Origin: Azolla caroliniana
Lineage: Eukaryota > Plantae > Polypodiophyta
Length of the DNA: 64,000 bases
Assembly: GCA_043228905.1 (NCBI GenBank)
Contig: JBHGNT010000017.1
Span: 8,370,001 to 8,434,000 of the forward strand
Direction: 5' to 3'
A model generated the notes under the pieces. That model was given only the letters and a program-made list of their open reading frames with translations, searched no databases and had not been told where the DNA came from. Of this stretch, positions 25,271 through 36,799 are shown in pieces. Every line of letters begins with the position of its first letter. Position 1 is the stretch's first letter. A program made the position numbers and the translations under genes.

Positions 25271-26067
25271 TATACGAAGAAGCATCGGCCTCAATCGATT
25301 CGACCACGTGGAATCTAGCAATGGAGTCAGAAATGAACTCCATTAGGCAAAATAAAACTTGGGACCTGGTCAAACTTCCAAAAAATCGACGCGCCTTTTG
25401 TGCAAGTGGTCTATAGACTAAAAGAGAAGTCTGATTTGACTGCCCAAAAATTCAAGGCTAGATTAGTAGTGAAAGGGTTCCGACAGGAATATGGCATCGA
25501 CTTCGACGAAATCTTCTCACTAGTGGTGAAAATGACAACCCTTAACTTTATGCTCGGCATTGTGGTAGCCGAGAATTTGGAGTTGATTCAGCTATGTGTA
25601 AACATAACATTCCTCCATGGTGACCTAGAGGAGTAAATTTATATGGAGCAGTTGAAAGGCTTCGTGGTATCCGGCCAAGAACATCTAGTCTACCGACTCA
25701 GGAAGAGTCTCTACAGCCTAAAGCAGGCACCACGGGAATGGTATAAGAAGTTGAACGACTTCATCCAATTAGTCGGCTTCTTCAAGAGCAATGAAAACCA
25801 CTCCCTCTTCACCAAAACAACCCAAGATGGATCGCCCATCTTCCGAGCATCATTTATGTGGATGACATGCTGCTCTCCAGCCGACATACTGAGGAGCTAG
25901 TTGAACTTGTTCGGCAACTGCAATTGAAGTTTTCCATGACGGATCTTCGTCTAGCAAGACAAATTCTGGGGATGACGATTGTCATGATATGCCAAGACTC
26001 GAACCCATGACCTTATGTTATATAGGTCGAGCTCTTGACCATTATACCATTCATAGATTGTAATACA

Positions 26068-27056
26068 CATAGATTGACCCATGCATGAAATTTGTAATAT
26101 TCGACATCCGTACTATTCGTAAAATTCAAGAATAAAAAATGACCCCAAGAATATTACAGAACCATTCGTTTATTTATTTATTATTTAAAAAAATAATTTT
26201 ATATATTATATATAAAAACATTATTAGTCTAAGGTTCGCTTTTTGATGTCAAGAGTTTAAAAAGCAGGGAATTAATGAACCTTTTATTTATTTTTTATTT
26301 TTTTATTAAAAAAAAAACAAATACATTAAAGTTTTTCATCTATTATAATTTATAAGAATATTATTAGTGTGAGGTCCCCTTTTTAATGTGAGATGAAGAT
26401 ATAAAATTTTACGAGAACCTTTTATTTATTCTATTTATTTTACATATATTTTATTTATTTTTTGTTTTATTAAAAATTAATACATATACATATCTAAGTT
26501 TGATCAATATTATAAAAATATTATTAGTGTGAGTTCCCCTTTTTAATGTGAAATAAAAATATAAAATTTATGGGAACCTTTATTTAGTTCATTTATTTAC
26601 ATTTATTTATTTATTTTTCGTTTTATTAAAAAATAAAACAAATACATTTAACTTTTATATATATTATAAAAATATTATTAGTACAAGGTTCCCTTTTAAT
26701 AACAGATAAAAATATCAATTTTTGTGGGAGAGTAAAGTGGGAAATTAATGAACCTTTTATTTATTATTTATTATTATTTTATATTTATTAAAAATAAAAT
26801 AAATACTTTTAAGTTTTAAGTTTTCTATTTATTATATAAAAATATTATTTAGTGTAAGCCTCCTTTTTAATGTCAAGTTAAATATCCCATATTTAATGTG
26901 AAAGTCTCTTTGGTATATGATATATATATTAGAAACTAAAAAGTAGGAACTCTTTTTATTTCCTTTTTTTTTAACGAATAGTTTTTCATGTATTCTTATG
27001 CGTATTCGTATGTATTCGTATGGTAACCCCCATGAATGCGAATATGTCAATCTATG
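26068..27056. mobile_element. hAT-type non-autonomous element (MITE) inside the 5' LTR
   Basis: 11-bp TIR CATAGATTGAC; 8-bp TSD GTAATACA/GTAATACG; absent from the 3' LTR; AT-rich with internal repeats. Confidence 0.85.
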
Positions 27057-27413
27057 GTAATACGTATGATATTATTTTCATTTAAGTTTTATTATAGGAA
27101 ATTAATGTATATTCTAGATTTCTCTAAAACATTCTAGAAGCTTCAGGACTCCTCCTAAGAACACTATAAAAGGAGGCACAAGGCATTATGTTGAACCAAA
27201 TTGGTTCAACGCCAGTCTTAAGGCTCATAGCCATTTTGTACTTACTCTTCATATAATATATCATCTATTATCATCATCTTTCTCTGTCTCGTCCTCGCTA
27301 TCTCTCTCTCTCCCTCTCTCGGGAGTCTTACGCAGTCCTGTCCTCTTAGTACTAATAGTACTTCCCTTCTCCAGTACTAATTCGCTCTCTGTTTTAGTAC
27401 TATTCTTGACAGT

Positions 27414-27425
27414 TTGAACCAATTT
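27414..27425 (+). promoter_or_regulatory. Putative self-priming PBS
   Basis: TTGAACCAATTT, 2 nt after the LTR end, is the exact reverse complement of LTR 27198-27209; no TGG tRNA PBS present. Confidence 0.7.
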
Positions 27426-27481
27426 GTCCTCTAGTCTTCTTTTCGGTTTCCCTCATCCTCTTACCCCTTTTTTACAATAGA

Positions 27482-28640
27482 ATGGCTATTGTTAGCGCCC
27501 AAGAATATGAATCCGTTTTCTCCAAGCTACAAGGTCTAAAAGAAAACTTTGTTGCCTTGGAACAAGAAAACCCTAAGATTGTTAGGGGATCTTCAACAAA
27601 TCGCTCTAGAAAAACATCAAATGCAGCAACAACATGGGGAATTGCAACAACAACATGGGGAATTCGCGTTACGTGTACAACAACTCGAAGCGACCATCGT
27701 AGCGTTGCAACAACAAGGATCAAGTCCCCAAGGATTTCATAAAGAGCCCAAGATTGGACTTCCTGTGAAATTCGAGGGAACGCGATCGCAATTCAAGGGA
27801 TTTCTTAATCAGATACGCTTAGTCATTCAAATGCATCCTTCCCGATACCCCACTAATGCATCTCGAATCGGCCTAATAGACACGTTGCTTAGCAGCTCAG
27901 CCTTGGCATGGTTCGCTCCGCTTCTAGAAAAACAATCTCCCTTGCTTAATAACTTTGAAGAATTTATTAGCGAGTTTAAAGCCTGCTTTGGAGATACCGA
28001 CAACATCAGGACGGCGATTAACAAAATCCGACGATTGCGTCAAGGTGATCGTCCAGCCTCTGCCTACGCGGCGGATTTCCGTCTACTCGCCTCAGATATC
28101 CCCTCGGATGATTAGGCACTAATGGAGTAGTTTCGCTACGGCCTGCGAAACGATGTCAAAGATTTACTCTTAACCTTCCCCGAAGAACCAAAGTCTCTTA
28201 CAGAGGCAATAAGTCGAGCGGTCTGATGCGACAACCACCTTTTCGAACGGCGTTCTAAATGTCAATTACAAATACGACGCGCTAGGTTGGAGCCCACGTG
28301 CGCCTCAGTCGCGGCTAAATCATTTGCACGAGACGTATCTCAAGCAAATACTCTGACACCGATGGAGATCGACACCATGCGTCGGTGTGGCCCGTTATCA
28401 CAAGAAGAAAAGCAACGATGACGTGCAAATCGATTATGTCTTTATTGTGGTGGACCAAGGCATATCGCAATCAATTGTCCCCATAGGCCAAGAAGACAGG
28501 TAAATCAAATCATAGCTTGTACTAAAGCCGAATCAATTCTTTCCTTAGGAGTGTCTGATAGTATTAATAGTACTAATAGCCCAAGTATCTCAAACAAATT
28601 TGAAATCCTTAGTCAATTAGAAGAAGACTTAAACGATTGA
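27482..28640 (+). pseudogene. Chromovirus Gag
   Basis: EPKIGLPVKFEGTRSQFKGFL, ALAWF, LRQGDRPASAYAADF, PMEID, CLYCGGPRHIAINC; frameshifted. Confidence 0.88.
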
Positions 28641-28779
28641 GTCCGGCCAAAATAGGAGTCGTTTGGTTGGACAGTCCTAGATCTGTACAGCCCATTAGTG
28701 GTTCCATTCCCTCCAAGCAAGTTAGCAATGTGTTCTTAGCCCAAGTCATGGTTAGTACTAAAAGTACTCCTCCTCTACA

Positions 28780-30989
28780 CATCCTCTTATATCAAGTCTT
28801 TTAGAGCAAGTAAATGGTGCCAAGTTTTTTACAAAAATCGATCTACGAGGAGCGTATAACCTCGTGTGGATCCAACCAGGAGACGAATGGAAGACCACCT
28901 TTCGCACGCAGTATGGGCATTTCGAGTATACTGTTATGCCATTCGGTCTAACCAATGCGCCCGCAGTCTTCCAACACATGGCAAATGATATATTCAGAGA
29001 CCTCCTGGATATCTGTTTGATCATCTAACTGGATGATCTATTGATTTATTCGAAGACCCAAGAAGAGCATAATTCTCATGTACTATTAGTACTAAAACGA
29101 CTCCGAGAGAATGGTTTTTATGTCAAACTAGAAAAATGTAGCTTTGACTGCAAGCAAGTGGAATTTCTAGGCCACGTCATCTCCTCAAAGGGCATCTCCA
29201 TGGATCCGGCTAAAGTCAAAATTGTGCTAGAGTGGCAAACTTCACGTTCGTTACGAGACGTACAATGTTTCCTAGGTTTTGATAACTTCTACCGCAAGTT
29301 TATACAAGATTACTCGAAGATTATTTTACCTCTCACACAGCTTACGAAGAAGGGATAGGAATTTCTTTGGTCCAATGAAGCGGACATGGCTTTTAGGCAT
29401 CTTAAGAAAGCCTTTACATCAGATCCTATTCTAGCTCATGTGGATACAAACAAACCATTCATCATGGAGGCCGACGCATCGGATTTCGCCCTCGGTAGCA
29501 TCCTTTCTCAACAAGGAGATATAGAAGAGTTACATCTTGTGGCTTTCCATTCGTGCAAATTTGATGCCATGGAAATCAACTACGAGATACATGACAAGGA
29601 GTTATTAGCCATCGTGGATTCATTTGTGTAATGGCGTCACTTCTTAGAGGGCTCTCCACATCAGGTCATCGTCTTCATTGATCACAAAAATCTTGCTTAT
29701 TTCCAGAATGCTCGTGTACTAAATCGACGGCAAGCTCAGTGGGCCCAATTCCTCACGCATTTTGACTTCAAAATCACATATTGACCGGGGAAGCAGCAAG
29801 GAAAAGCAGATGCACTATCGTGGCGTTCATATCTTGCACCTCGTCCTGGTGATCCAGCGTTTGATAATCAAAAGCAAGTAATCTTGGGACCAACACGTTT
29901 GCACACAACACGGATTTTTCACACTCCGCTAGATTCCCGGATTATCGATGCCATACGTGCTAACTTGAAGATGGACAGTTTTGCTCAAGCCATTCTAGCG
30001 CACATTGATACCTCTTGGGCATCCTGTTCGCAGTCTCAACAACCAGGTATGGACTACCGACAATTTGAATATCATGATGGTTTATTGTTCTTTAAAAAGC
30101 TCGTATATGTTCCCGATTGCTCCTGTCGCCTTCAAATCGTCCAAAATTGTCACGACACCCATACAGCAGGACATTTCGGTAGTACGAAGGCGTTGGATTT
30201 AGTGCTACAATATTTTTGGTGGCCCCATATGCGATATTTTGTCGACGAAACGTTCAGACCTGTGATGCTTGCTACCGAGCAAAGATGCCACGACATCATC
30301 CATATGGCTTGTTAGAACCCTTACCATTTCCAAGTAAGTCGTGGCAGTCTATTTGGCTTGATTTTATCACAGACCTGCCGGTCTCAAAGGGTTTCGATGC
30401 TATTTTAACTGTCGTTGATCGATATACTAAGATGACACATTTTGTGCCATGTACTAAGGCCATAACTAGTGAGGAAACTGCCACCCTTGTCATGCGAGAG
30501 GTATTTCAGCATCATGGCCTCCCAGACAGTATCATCAATGACCGAGGACCTCAATTTGTCTCCAAATTTTGGAAGCATCTCTTCAAGATGCTCAAGGTCT
30601 CTTGTAACCTCTCCTTTGGCTACCATCCCCAGACCAATGGGCATGCGGAACGAACAAATCAAACGCTGGAACAATACCTCTGGTGTTTTCTGAGTTATTA
30701 ACAGGACGATTGGGATGATATTCTCCACTTTGCAGAGTTTGCTTATAATAACGTTATTCACTCCTCGACTCAGGTCTCCCCATTTTACGCTTATACTGGT
30801 TCTCATCCTCGTTGGTCTATGATCGACACCCCGGAGCTACCTACCAATCCTCGTGCCAAGGATCATTTGGAGAGGCTACGCAAGATCCAGATGGATCTCT
30901 CTACTCATCTTCGTCATGCTCAACACACACAGAAGACTTATGTGGATCGTCATCGGCTTCCCTCCTCTTTTGCCATTGGAGATCGAGTA
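28780..30989 (+). pseudogene. RT, RNase H and integrase
   Basis: [76 protein letters not shown]. Confidence 0.92.
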
Positions 30990-32382
30990 TGTTATACGTT
31001 TTGGGTTAGGGTATGATAATGATAAACACCGTCTCCATTTGTTGTTGTCGTCGGCTTTGTCATCCCTATTCGGCCAGTCTGCAGTTGGCCTTCTGTTTTG
31101 GCCGAGGTCCGTTGCTTGGCCACTCTGTTCAATCATCATCCGGTTGTCGTTCTGTCATTGATGTCTGACGGTTGTCTCTCCGTCCATCGCTTTTCAGCGT
31201 CACTGTCGTTGTTTCGGTCAACTACTCCGGCAGGCTTTCCGGCTGTCGTCCGGCCATTACAGCCACTTCGGTGCTAACCAACTCTAGTTCTAGTTCCAAC
31301 TCTCTCTGTGTTGCTTCTTTTGGACACTATGAACACTTCCGATTCCAGTCCCGTGCATTCTCGGCAAATCCTGTCGGCCTCTACTCCACACACTGCGTCT
31401 TCCTCCGCAGTCTCCTAGTGGGTGTCTCTTTCCGGTCGTGATGGCACTGGCTCCCTTCTATTTGGAGTTTCAGTGTCGATTCCTTCTCCGTTGTTCGTCT
31501 GGCCGTCTTTCTAGTTACTTTTCTCCGTCTTTCTGGTTGTCTCTCGCACCATGCTTTCTTACACACACACGTTGCTAACCGCAAATTCACACATATGTTG
31601 CCATTCTCGCACACTCACAATGCGTCTCGTACATTTTTGGCACCATTTCTCAGACATTTATGACAAAAATAGACCAAATAAAACACACATATATAGAGAT
31701 TAATTTGTTGTAGAATTGTATGGCAATCAATCTTCCATTTCTGATTTCTTCCGCACATAATCGTAGCCTTTTGCTACATTTCATTGTTGCCATGTCTCTG
31801 TTGCGTATTAGTCTTCAACTTCATCTCCAAAAGGGGGTTGCCTTCGTGGTCACCAAAAAGTGTTATCGGTTTTAGGGTTAGGGTTAATATTTATGATAAT
31901 GATGATGATTGATGATAAAGATAAACATTGTGTAATAGTGAAGATGATGAATGGTATGATGGTGAGAGAGATCATGAAGATGTTAACATGCGATTGAGAA
32001 GCATTACGGGGTGGGGGGTGGTGCCTAGAATGGCTCCACCCCCCTCCCAAGGGGGTTCAACGTAAAAGGGGGGGGGGGGGGGGGGGGGGAAGAGAGAGAG
32101 AGAGAGAGAGAGAAATGACAAGAGAGAGATTGAGAGAAATGTTCCTTGTATTCATTCATTCCCCATAAGGGGTTAAATAGGTACAAAGGGGTAGATCCAC
32201 AAGGGTGCAAGCCCCCTTAGCATTCACACCTAGTCACTCACTCACACCTCGTTGTATCTACCACACTCACACTTACATTCACACTCATAATCGTATAAAA
32301 TCACACATACATATCAACGCATTACATCTTTCACCCTCACTTATCAAAGTTATCAATCACCCGTACATATCGGACGGTAACA
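30990..32382 (-). mobile_element. 1.39-kb non-coding LTR element inserted in the integrase
   Basis: TG...CA ends; perfect TSD GAGTA; LTR 31861-32382; Arg-like PBS TGGTGACCACGAAGG 31841-31855; short LTR-end remnant 30990-31023. Confidence 0.82.
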
Positions 32383-32387
32383 GAGTA

Positions 32388-32810
32388 TGGCTCTTACGTC
32401 GTCACATCAAGACTACTCGACCGTGCGACAAGTTGGATTATCGATGACTTGGTCCTTTCCGTATTACCGGTAAGGTTTATGATGTCACATTCTGCCTTGA
32501 TCTTCCTCCGCATCTTCAGATACATCCGGTCTTCCATAGTTCTCTTCTTGAACCTTATAAAGCAAACACTATTCCCGATCGTATTACACCACCTCCGCCC
32601 CCGCTTGAGTTAGACGCCAGCCCGGAGTATGAAGTTGTTGCCATCCTCGATTCCAAATTTGTTCACAACAAACTTTATTATTTGGTCGATTGGCTTGGCT
32701 ATAGTCCAAGTGAACGTACTTGGGAACCCGTCGAGCATGTCGCCAATGCTCAAGATCTTCTTGCTAATTTCCACCAACAGTATCCGGACAAAACCCGGTC
32801 CTCAATCAGT
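32388..32810 (+). pseudogene. Integrase C-terminus (GPF) and chromodomain
   Basis: KLDYR.LGPFRI, IHPVFHSSLLEPY, EYEVVAILDS..YYLVDWLGYSPSERTWEP. Confidence 0.88.
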
Positions 32811-35800
32811 GTCGACTCGTTACATTCATCATCTTAAGGGGAAGATAGTGTCATGATATGGCAAGACTCGAACCCATGACCTTATGTTATATGGATCGAG
32901 CTCTTGACCATTATACCATCTATTGTAATACGTAGAATGTTATTTTCATTTAAGTTTTATTATAGGAAATTAATGTATATTCCAGATTTCTCTGGAACAT
33001 TCTAGAAGCTTCAGGACTCCTCTTGAGAACACTATAACAAGAGGCACAAGGCATTATGTTGAACCAAATTGGTTCCAAATTGGTTCAACGCCAGTCTTAA
33101 GCCTCATAACCATTTTGTACTTACTCTTCATATAATATATCATCTGTTATTATCATCTCTCTCTCTCTCTTCCTCGCTATCTCTCTCTCTCTCTCCTCTT
33201 CTCTCTCCCTCTCTCGGGAGTCTTACGCAGTTCCGTCCTCTTAATACTAATAGTACTTCCCTTCTCCAGTACTAATTCGCTCTTTGTTTTAGTACTATTC
33301 TTGACAACGATAAGTCGGATTCGAAATCGACGACAAATGTTTCTGTCTCACACCAACTATATTGGACGTGTCTTAGAATGATTCAACATGCAATCAGCCA
33401 AATCTACTTCAACCCCGCTCCCAATTAGTCTTCGGCTGTCTCAACAAGACTGCCCAATATCCGGTCCAGAGGGGGGAAATATGAAGTCTATTACATATGC
33501 ACCGGTAGTCAGCTCCTTGATGTACACGATGGTCACAACACGGCCTGACATTGCTCATGTCGTAGGAGTCGTCAGCAGATTTATGCACAATCCTGGTCGA
33601 TCACATTGGAACACAATAATGCATGTGTTCTCATACCTGGTGGGCACAAAAGACTATGGCATCCTATTTGGCCCAAACGATACTTCAGGCATAGTCGGTT
33701 TATACCGAATCACACTTTGTTGGCTGTGTGGACAGTTAAAAATGAACAACCGGATACTGCTTTAAATTCCTCAATGGACTACTAAGTCAACGACCGAGGC
33801 CGAATATGTAGCCGCGTCCAACATGGCGAAAGAGGCCTTATGGCTCGGTCAGCTGGCGCACACGTTTCAACAAGGCGACTCCGACTCAGCTCCAGTTGTC
33901 TATAGTGATAGTCAAAGTGTTCTTGCTTTGTCTACAAATCCGGTTCCGCACAACGCCTCGAAGCATATAGACGTGAGATATCACTTCGTGCTAGACTACG
34001 TCATTTCAGGAAGATCGACCTTGAGAAGGTATCTACAGCCAATAATGTTGCAAATGGGATGACCAAGTCTCTTCTAGCAGATCGATTCTGATCCCTTTGG
34101 CATCAAATGGGCATAACAAAGAAACAGTTTGATTGAGTCAGACACTCAGGATGGTTTCGGACACTCGGCATTAATAGTTCGAGATTCGGCTTAAGCTCTT
34201 CCGACTCTAGACGACCCGGCCTTCTATTCCTAGATTTTCCCGACTCGAACAAAGTCGACTTGTCAGACAACCTTATCTATTCTCTTTTCACAAATTTTTG
34301 TTGTAAATGCCCATTATGGGGGAGTGTCGAATGTGGGTATATAATGGTCGTATTCACATTGTCCCATTGGACACATTAGGTTTAGGCTATTTCTGTAAAT
34401 AGTGGAAAGGGCAGTTGCCCTAAGTCAGTTGAGATTTAAACTGACTCTAGTAACCTAGTTTTGGGGTTCTTCATTTTGTTGTTGCCACTATAACTCTTTG
34501 AGAGAAAAATATAGTTACATACTATTGTGCCTACTTTGGTGTACTTCTTTTCTCTATCTTGCTTGTTGATCTTGTCTTATGTTGTCAATCTGTTTCTTTT
34601 TATTCACTGAAGATCTTCATCTGAAAGAGTGTTGAGTTTGTTCCGCATCCCACTGGCTGGCTCCAACAATAAGTTCATCACGTGCCTGGTTGTTAAAGCC
34701 ATTTGGGTGATTATATCACAAATTTAGGCATCAATCATAGGAAATATTTTGTCACCTTTTAAGTGGGTTTTTATTGAGGATTAAGGTATGCCTCCATCTC
34801 ATATAAGGTCGTGTTTGACTACCTTAGGTATTGGGGGATGTTGTTTAATTGGACCATGTGAAATGGTTTCTTATTTGATGGACTTCATGGGATAACAAAA
34901 CAACTCTGTAGGATGAAAGGGAAGTTGATTTGGTCATTTTCACATGTTATATGGGGACATTGTCCCAAGAGGAGATAGAGGGTGTTATCTAGTTTTACAA
35001 CAATTGAGAGGGTTTCCCTTGCAGTATCACTACTAATGAAGTAGTGAAGATAGCAAGGGTTGTATTATCATCTTGTTTTAATAACAAACATTGATTTACG
35101 GAAAAAAATAATCTAAAACCGTCACAATTTTACCAAGTTTAAGGTTTGAAACAACAGGTCATACTCATTTCTCTTGAAGACCATTTAAGAGATTTGTGCA
35201 TAACTTCAGTTGTGTGTATTTAAGATCTTCAATGAGATATAATCCTAAAGTTCATAAAAGAAATATGGGATCGATTCCCACCTTAGTGTTCAATATATAA
35301 TCATCTCCATGTATGGAGCGCTACCCTTAATCACCCTATTGTCCGATATATAACCATCCATACATATGGAGCCCTACTCATACATAGCACATGTTGAACT
35401 TAATCTTCCATTTTGTTTATTATATAACTGAAATCGCAGATTGTACTTCCAAACCATAAAAATGCCCAATAATAAGTGATGAAGAGATATAAAGAAAAGA
35501 TAGAGAAGAGAAAAGAATGCTACAATATTCTATTATAGAAATAATACAAATTGGATAGACTAGAAATACAACCACAAAATCAAAGAACTACTTGATTTCC
35601 GATCACCCAAACTCATAAAAGTCCTTCTTTCACCTCCTTCTTTCTTCTACTAAGACTCTTCTCAATTCTTTTAACCTTACATTCTTCCTTCTTCCTCCTT
35701 ATGGCTAAGAATACCCTCCTATGGTTTTCAGTTGCGTTATTCTTGCTTCTTCTTCTTCTTTTTTAAATATACTCGAGTCTATGTGAGGCGTTTTTTATAT

Positions 35801-36799
35801 GCCTATTTCTCCTCTATAATCCCAAATTTGTCATACAAGATATTTTGGAAAGCTCTCGTTGTCAATGTTTCTATGAATCTTTTCTTTAGAAATTTGGATA
35901 TCAAATAAAGAAGTTATGAGCTTTTTATCTAGCTAAATCTTTATATCCACGCCTTTTTGTTTTTCACTTTTTTGAAACGCTTCTATCTTTATCCATTAAA
36001 GTTCCTTCCATCTTTGATTGTTATGGTACTTGAATCTTCATATTGTGCTTTATTCTTGGGCACCCTAGCATCCAACATACTTGCAACAATATTTTCTTTC
36101 GAACAAAAATTGATTTCACATACGTAGCACACGTTGAACCTAATTTTCCATTTTGTTTATTCTATAATTCAAATCACAAGTTGTCCTTCCAAACCATAAA
36201 AATGCCCAATAATAAGTTCTCTAGTCTTTACAAACACCAAAACTTGCATGATATATTTGCAACCTAACTTCCTTTTAGCTACAAAGTCTTAAACATAAAA
36301 ACGATGTCATTGATAAACAAAACAAAAAAGCATTTCCCCTTAATGTGTTGACTAGCTTGAACCAATTGTTTCTCAAATGTAAGTTTCTTGTATGCTGGAA
36401 AAATATCTTTAAAACTATAATATGATTGGATTAATCTATCGATCCATTGCAAGAGTTGTAGAACAACTGAAGGACACATATAACCAAATAATGTTCAATC
36501 ACAATAGGGCTTTACGAATTAAGAATGAACTCATAACTCCCAATGATTTCGGCGTAAAAATCATAATATGAATAACTACTTGCAGTTCAACTTTTCATAT
36601 CGAGTACTACATATTGAAGATGCATACATCAAGAACATCTACGATCATAATATCACCAGATCTAATGTGTTGACAATGATTAAGATAAGATAATCTTACC
36701 TTTGAAAGTATTTCAATCAAGAAAATCACAAATCTAAGTAGAATGCCAAAAACATGCTCCATATAGCGTATGTGTTTTTGCTATTGTTGATAACATGAA

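Larger units (their letters stand above)
25980..33306 (+). mobile_element. Tcn1/Tf1-like chromovirus with two LTRs, protease deleted, two nested insertions
   Basis: LTRs 25980-27411 and 32849-33306 (TGTCA...TGACA); perfect TSD ACGAT; PPT aaggggaagatag 32836-32848; gag, RT, RH, IN, chromodomain. Confidence 0.93.
25271..34668 (+). mobile_element. Copia 3' part (RT 25271-25979, resumes at 33312; RNase H, PPT, 3' LTR 34325-34668)
   Basis: [46 protein letters not shown]; after the insertion TRPDIAHVVG, TTEAEY, SKHIDVRYHF; PPT gggggag then TG...CA. Confidence 0.85.

Noticed and set aside
25985-26055. Functional tRNA gene
   Set aside because: A and B boxes are present but there is no convincing acceptor or anticodon stem; reported as tRNA-like only.
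31870-31886. Telomere-like tttagggttagggtt
   Set aside because: Only about two units, inside an LTR end.
32066-32112. Long poly-G runs (also ~46937, 53457, 57711) as G-quadruplex elements
   Set aside because: Simple homopolymers next to purine-rich microsatellite-like tracts; lengths are unreliable and there is no evidence of function.
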